From a virus (taxonomy: Duplodnaviria > Heunggongvirae > Uroviricota > Caudoviricetes): a DNA stretch of 3,601 nucleotides. Position 1 is the first letter of the stretch; each line of letters starts with the position of its first letter. Below the pieces are notes generated by a model, which saw only the letters and a list, made by a program, of their open reading frames with translations, was not told where the DNA came from and made no database searches. Shown here piece by piece: positions 1 to 3,601 of the stretch. The position numbers and the translations under genes were made by a program. The DNA is taken from positions 1-3,601 of the IMG/VR virus record IMGVR_UViG_2663763280_000008. One strand, given 5' to 3'.

Positions 1-42
1 TCACCCGCGCGCCAGTAACAGCATCAATACGTTGCCGTTATG

Positions 43-96
43 TTGATTCAGCGTCTGGCTGGCTGCTCCCATCGCGGTATAAATTGCGTGATCCAT
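43..96 (-). pseudogene. flgF: Fragment matching the 5' start of the flagellar rod gene flgF (first 18 codons), collinear with the flgE fragment
   Basis: Minus-strand ATG at 94-96 lies 19 nt downstream of the flgE-like stop and reads MDHAIYTAMGAASQTLNQ, identical to the E. coli FlgF N-terminus as I recall it. It then diverges (HNGNVLMLLLARG*) and ends at a TGA at 1-3. Positions 43..199 together look like an intact copy of the flgE-flgF junction and nothing more. Confidence 0.5.
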
Positions 97-115
97 TGAG
101 CTATCCCGTCAGCGA

Positions 116-199
116 TTAGCGTAAGTTAACCAGCGTGTTGAGGATCTGGTCCTGGGTTTTGATGGTCTGGGCGTTAGACTGATAGTTACGCTGGGCAAC
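116..199 (-). pseudogene. flgE: Fragment matching the 3' end of the flagellar hook gene flgE (last ~27 codons plus stop)
   Basis: Minus-strand frame reads ...[27 protein letters not shown], with TAA at 116-118. This matches the enterobacterial FlgE C-terminus as I recall it (...[29 protein letters not shown]). The residues upstream (RLYRAIVYC) do not match FlgE, so similarity begins at about 199. Confidence 0.55.
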
Positions 200-219
200 G
201 CAGTAAACAATGGCCCGGT

Positions 220-334
220 AAAGCCGCTATTGGTCGTCTGAAAGACGAGGAACTGGCGCAATATAATTTGTGGCTGGATTACCTGGACGCACTGGAGCTG
301 GTTGATACCTCCAGTGTGCTAGATATTGAATGGC

Positions 335-363
<29 letters not shown>
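220..363 (+). pseudogene. 3'-terminal fragment of a tail fibre assembly (Tfa) gene, plus strand, convergent with the minus-strand fragment
   Basis: Plus-strand frame (open from 178, no start codon) reads ...[47 protein letters not shown], with TGA at 361-363. It carries the same Tfa C-terminal motif (W..Y..L..VDTS...DIEWP.PP). The last 5-6 codons of each Tfa fragment are simply the antisense of the other, which places a tail-to-tail junction at about 345. Confidence 0.5.
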
Positions 364-620
<257 letters not shown>

Positions 621-652
621 GCGGATGCGCGCATTGAATACGTAGGCAATGG

Positions 653-1264
653 CTACATTAACGAAGCGCAAAATATGGGCTGGTTGCAGCGTTTCTTCCT
701 TAACCTGTCGCCAATGCCACCGGAAATAATCGTTTCGTTGATATACGGATAGATCGTGATTTCTTCGCCAAGATAGCTGGCGGCTCCCACCCAATGCGGG
801 CCGCTGGTCTGCAGATTGATGGACATGCCGATCATGTGGCGGCTACATGGTTTGGCATCGCTTATCAGTCGCTCAAGTTCCAGATAGGTATCTTCAGTGA
901 TGCCCTGGTCCTGCACGCCGATATCCAGGCGAAACGTGCCCGGTGTTTCTCCGGTCTGCCACCACTCAATAATGCGGATCAGGAATCCGAACGGCTCCAC
1001 CACCCGCCGCACGGCACTGGTGGTCCCTTTATGCTGATGAATATAAAAAGCATCCTTCACCACCTGGCGCTTGACGCTTTCAGTCCAGCCCTCGTCCCAG
1101 CGATCCACAGAGAACGCCCAGGCGAGATAAGGCAGGAAACTGACCGGACAGGTTGCCGGATTCCACAAGTCACGAAGCGGCACCTGCAGATCAGAAATCC
1201 CGCTGCAGGTTTGCGCCAGTCGGCGCTCCAGTGGTGTTGAACCCGGTGGCAGCAGACTATTCAT
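653..1264 (-). CDS. I: Phage tail/baseplate protein I (P2 gpI-like); the last ~29 codons look non-native
   Basis: 203-aa ORF, ATG at 1262-1264 with GGAGGA 4 nt upstream, stop at 653-655. The N-terminal two thirds carry a gpI-like pattern ([10 protein letters not shown]...RDLWNP.TCP...[16 protein letters not shown]...). The P2 protein is about 176 aa as I recall, and the tail after ...ITIYPY (about 656-742) has no obvious family character and runs into the mosaic region. Confidence 0.75.
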
Positions 1265-2165
1265 CCGTTCCTCCGTTGGTTACGCTCCACTGCGTACATG
1301 ATGCCGCCTGTGTTTTGTTCAGGACCACATCCGCCAGAGGAGAAGCCAGCTCCACACGCTGCACCCCCTCAACATGCAGGGCGGCAAAAATGGCGCTACG
1401 GCGAATATCCCGACCAAGACGCGTCTGACTGGCGATGTACTTCTGCAGGCTGGCTTTTGCCGCTGCCATTACCGGCTCTGCTTCCGGTCCAGGATAGAGA
1501 AAAATGGTGGCTTCCACGCGATACGGGATGATTTCTGCGCTGCGAACCGTAAGACGGTCAGCCACCGGGCGGACGTTCTCACTGTTCAGAGCTTTTTCCA
1601 CCACGTCCAGCAGGTCTTTTTCTGCAGTTCCATCGCCTTCGCGGCTAAGGACAGTCAGCACCACCTCTGCAGGTGCCGGGCTGGTTGCACTGGCATCCGC
1701 CACCCGACCGTCGGCGCTTCGGGCATGAAATTCATAAGCTGCAGTTGGCCCCGCAACAGAAAGCCCTTCAAAGGCCGCAGGCACACGCAGGCGCAACGCT
1801 TCATCGCTTTCCATCACAGCTGCAACGGGCGGCACAGCATCATTATCAGCAGGCGTCACCGTCAGGCGTGTCACGTTGTAGTTGGCAGCGAGCTGGTCAA
1901 GATCGCCGCCCATCGCGTAAGCCACCATCACCGCCTGCGCGGCTTCGTTAATGCGCTGGCGCAGAAGCAACTCACGGTAAGCGTTCTCCTGCAACAATTT
2001 AGTGGCGGGTTCAGATTCCAGTTCCAGCGTGCGGATCACTGCTTCCTGCTCATCTTTCGGATGAAGCGCCACAAATTCTGCCTTGCGTTCGGCAAGCAGC
2101 GTCTCAAAGTCCGGCACATCCACAATCTGCGGTGCAGGCAACTGCGAAAGGTCAATCACTGCCAT
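1257..2165 (-). CDS. J: Phage baseplate assembly protein J (P2 gpJ-like, Baseplate_J family)
   Basis: The six-frame ORF spans 1257..2204, but the likely start is the internal ATG at 2163-2165 (MAVIDLSQLPAPQIV...), which has AGGAG 6 nt upstream and gives 302 aa, close to P2 gpJ length. The N-terminus resembles the gpJ family start as I recall it (M..IDL.QLPAP). TAG stop at 1257-1259; the 3' end overlaps the I start by 8 nt. Confidence 0.85.
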   Translation of the reverse strand: MAVIDLSQLPAPQIVDVPDFETLLAERKAEFVALHPKDEQEAVIRTLELESEPATKLLQENAYRELLLRQRINEAAQAVMVAYAMGGDLDQLAANYNVTRLTVTPADNDAVPPVAAVMESDEALRLRVPAAFEGLSVAGPTAAYEFHARSADGRVADASATSPAPAEVVLTVLSREGDGTAEKDLLDVVEKALNSENVRPVADRLTVRSAEIIPYRVEATIFLYPGPEAEPVMAAAKASLQKYIASQTRLGRDIRRSAIFAALHVEGVQRVELASPLADVVLNKTQAASCTQWSVTNGGTDE

Positions 2166-2511
2166 TCTCTGCTCCTGTTGATACGGAAAGGGACACAGGC
2201 ACACCGTTATTCCGCCGCCCGGTCAGCTCCACCACCATTGAACCGTCAAAATTGCTGTTGATGGTGATGGAATCCAGCGTCAACCGTGGCTCCCAGCGAC
2301 TCAGCGCCACATACACTGCCGACATGACCTGCAGGCGTAATGCCGGATTTTGTGGCTGATCTATCAGTGCCGACAGCAGGGAACCATATTCCCGGCGGGC
2401 AATACGGCTACCCTGCGGTGTCAGCAGAATGTCCCGCACCGACTGGCGCAGATGATCAATATCAGTAATGACTTTGCCGCTGGTATTGTTCATCCCGCTA
2501 TAAAGCGTCAT
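2152..2511 (-). CDS. W: Phage baseplate protein W (GPW/gp25 family, P2 gpW-like)
   Basis: 119-aa ORF, ATG at 2509-2511, TGA at 2152-2154. Size and motifs (...DILLTPQGSR..RREYGSLL..LIDQP.....L...) fit the GPW/gp25 family as I recall it. GGAGG lies 6 nt upstream of the ATG. Position between V and J matches P2 synteny; the 3' end overlaps the J start by 14 nt. Confidence 0.85.
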   Translation of the reverse strand: MTLYSGMNNTSGKVITDIDHLRQSVRDILLTPQGSRIARREYGSLLSALIDQPQNPALRLQVMSAVYVALSRWEPRLTLDSITINSNFDGSMVVELTGRRNNGVPVSLSVSTGAENGSD

Positions 2512-3086
2512 ATCGGGCCTCCGGTTGTATCGCCGCCTTTCAGGACGCCAGTATGCTGATGCGCATCAACCACGATCCCGTTAGAACTCATCGCTCCGCC
2601 GCCCTGGGTAACGCCACCATTGATCACCACTTCGCTGTTAATGCGCGTGCGGTCAGCCTCCAGTACAAACTCACTGGTTTTCATGGTGATGTTGTCAGCA
2701 GCCTCAATGACCATGGATTTGATGCCCCTGACATACCAGCGCCCGGTGGCGGGTTCGTATTCAAACCAGCCACCGTCAGGATGTTCTGTCACGCAGGCGT
2801 CCGCCGACGTCGACGGTGGTGCGAACTGATTCGAATAGACAGCGGGCAGCGCAAAGGCGGTTTCCAGATTGCCGCCCAGACTCAGCAGCACCACCTGCTC
2901 ACCTTCCGATGGTCGCCACCATGTACGGGCATTCCCGGCACGCAGCGTCAGCCAGCTGATCCAGTTGGTTTCAAGCTCGCCCGTTTTCACCCGGCAAAGC
3001 CAGTTTTCCCTGTCCACTTCGGTGACTACCCCTGTGCGGATCAGGTTGGTGATAAGGCGCATGATTTCGGTTAATTGTGCGTTCAT
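2508..3086 (-). CDS. V: Phage baseplate assembly protein V (P2 gpV-like baseplate hub/spike)
   Basis: 192-aa ORF, ATG at 3084-3086, TGA at 2508-2510. The N-terminus MNAQLTEIMRLITNLIRTGVVTEVD...CRVKTG parallels my recollection of P2 gpV (MN......IRTG..VE.D....CRV.TG), followed by a Gly-rich C-terminal region. The stop overlaps the W start as ATGA (2508-2511). No strong Shine-Dalgarno upstream, consistent with a promoter-proximal first gene. Confidence 0.85.
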   Translation of the reverse strand: MNAQLTEIMRLITNLIRTGVVTEVDRENWLCRVKTGELETNWISWLTLRAGNARTWWRPSEGEQVVLLSLGGNLETAFALPAVYSNQFAPPSTSADACVTEHPDGGWFEYEPATGRWYVRGIKSMVIEAADNITMKTSEFVLEADRTRINSEVVINGGVTQGGGAMSSNGIVVDAHQHTGVLKGGDTTGGPI

Positions 3087-3131
3087 AGGGAAAGGTTGCC
3101 ATCAGGGGAAGAAAGGCGGCAGTGCTGCAAC

Positions 3132-3151
3132 TTGTATCAGTGCTGATACAA
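3132..3151 (-). promoter_or_regulatory. Candidate Ogr/Delta-type late-promoter activator box (TGT-N12-ACA dyad) upstream of V, i.e. a P_V-like late promoter
   Basis: Seen in sequence: ttgtatcag-tg-ctgatacaa is a perfect inverted repeat with 9-bp arms (3132-3140 and 3143-3151), with TGT at 3133-3135 and ACA at 3148-3150 separated by exactly 12 nt. It lies in the 68-bp S-V intergenic gap, 4 nt past the S stop. Established knowledge: the P2 late promoters (P_P, P_O, P_V, P_F) carry a TGT-N12-ACA dyad centred near -55. Caveat: the dyad centre is only about 55 bp from the V ATG, so either the leader is very short or the spacing differs; no good -10 hexamer is obvious. Confidence 0.45.
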
Positions 3152-3154
3152 AGA

Positions 3155-3601
3155 TCACCCCGCCAGCCATTGCAGAATCATGTCGCGGGTCATTGCCTCA
3201 ACATCATCATTTACACCCAGAAGGCGACGCTCTGCGTAACGCACCTCCGGTCCCTTACGACTGACGCGATCTCGCAGGCCGTAATGGTGAACGCGGGCAA
3301 TGCGCTGCACCTTGCCTTCAAACTGCACGCTGGCAGAGTCGGTGCTGGCGGCAGTTTTCAGGTATTTTGTGGTGCGCAGCTTTGCAAACATCTGACGTTT
3401 GATGCGCCCCTTCTTGCTGCGTGCTGTTACCCTGCGCGGTTCATAACTGCTGCCATCTGGATTGCGCTGCATCCTGATATTCTGCTGCTGTGTCCGGCGC
3501 AGTTCCTGCGCCAGCTGGCGCATCATGCGGCTTCTCGTGGCTGGTTCCAGATTCGCCAGCAAGGCACTCAGCCAGTCGTCCACCTTCTGCAGTTCAGCCA
3601 C
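3155..3601 (-). CDS. S: Phage virion morphogenesis / tail completion protein, P2 gpS-like; 5' end lies at or just beyond the window edge
   Basis: Minus-strand ORF with TGA stop at 3155-3157, open to the window end; the first codon in the window (3599-3601) is GTG, so the true start is unresolved. About 148 aa, basic, with a QQQ..R.....NPDGS.Y.PRR segment and a ...RIARVHHYGLRD... segment consistent with my recollection of the Phage_tail_S family. Sits immediately upstream of V, as S does in P2 (R-S-V-W-J-I-H-G). Confidence 0.6.
   Translation of the reverse strand: MAELQKVDDWLSALLANLEPATRSRMMRQLAQELRRTQQQNIRMQRNPDGSSYEPRRVTARSKKGRIKRQMFAKLRTTKYLKTAASTDSASVQFEGKVQRIARVHHYGLRDRVSRKGPEVRYAERRLLGVNDDVEAMTRDMILQWLAG

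Noticed and set aside
4-96. 31-codon minus-strand ORF (MDHAIYTAMGAASQTLNQHNGNVLMLLLARG) as a small protein gene.
   Set aside because: The first 18 codons are simply the flgF start and the rest is read-through into unrelated sequence. flgF normally has no promoter of its own, so expression is unlikely.
151-169. gggttttgatgg, partially resembling the GGTTTTGGATAA half of a Gin/Pin crossover site.
   Set aside because: Only about 7 contiguous matches, no dyad partner, and the bases are fully explained as flgE coding sequence (IKTQDQ).
3060-3062. Alternative V start at the second in-frame ATG (MRLITNL...).
   Set aside because: It has no better Shine-Dalgarno than the first ATG, and the first ATG gives the MN... 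N-terminus matching gpV homologues; kept 3086 as the start.
3132-3151. The S-V dyad as a rho-independent terminator for the upstream operon.
   Set aside because: On the mRNA strand the hairpin is AU-rich with a 2-nt loop and is followed by GUUGCAGCAC rather than a U-tract; the TGT-N12-ACA activator-box reading fits better.
794-3264. Plus-strand ORFs from the six-frame track (794..1240, 1153..1428, 1298..1531, 1374..2261, 1504..1728, 1673..1951, 2132..2359, 2350..2559, 2553..3074, 2620..2829, 2869..3264).
   Set aside because: All lie antisense to the well-supported minus-strand baseplate genes, have skewed Arg/His/Cys/Ser-rich composition and no recognisable motifs or ribosome-binding sites; typical shadow ORFs of GC-rich coding DNA.

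Overview
This window is the baseplate end of a P2-like prophage late tail operon, all on the minus strand: the 3' part of a gpS-like virion morphogenesis gene (3155..3601, runs to the window edge), then V (2508..3086), W (2152..2511), J (1257..2165) and I (653..1264), with overlapping stop/start junctions typical of coupled morphogenesis genes. Between S and V there is a perfect 9-bp-arm dyad matching the TGT-N12-ACA box of Ogr-activated P2 late promoters. The tail-fibre genes expected after I (P2 H and G) are absent. Positions 1..~650 instead hold no intact gene, only a patchwork of short fragments: a GH1 glycosidase 5' piece with an in-frame TAA, two convergent tail-fibre-assembly 3' ends joined tail to tail, and about 157 bp that reads as the flgE 3' end through the flgF start. 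I found no intact candidate for a novel system (defence, toxin or otherwise); the notable content is the truncated operon and this fragment mosaic, which could be a natural decay scar or a chimeric/assembly artefact. All identifications are from reading translations against remembered family features; no database search was run.
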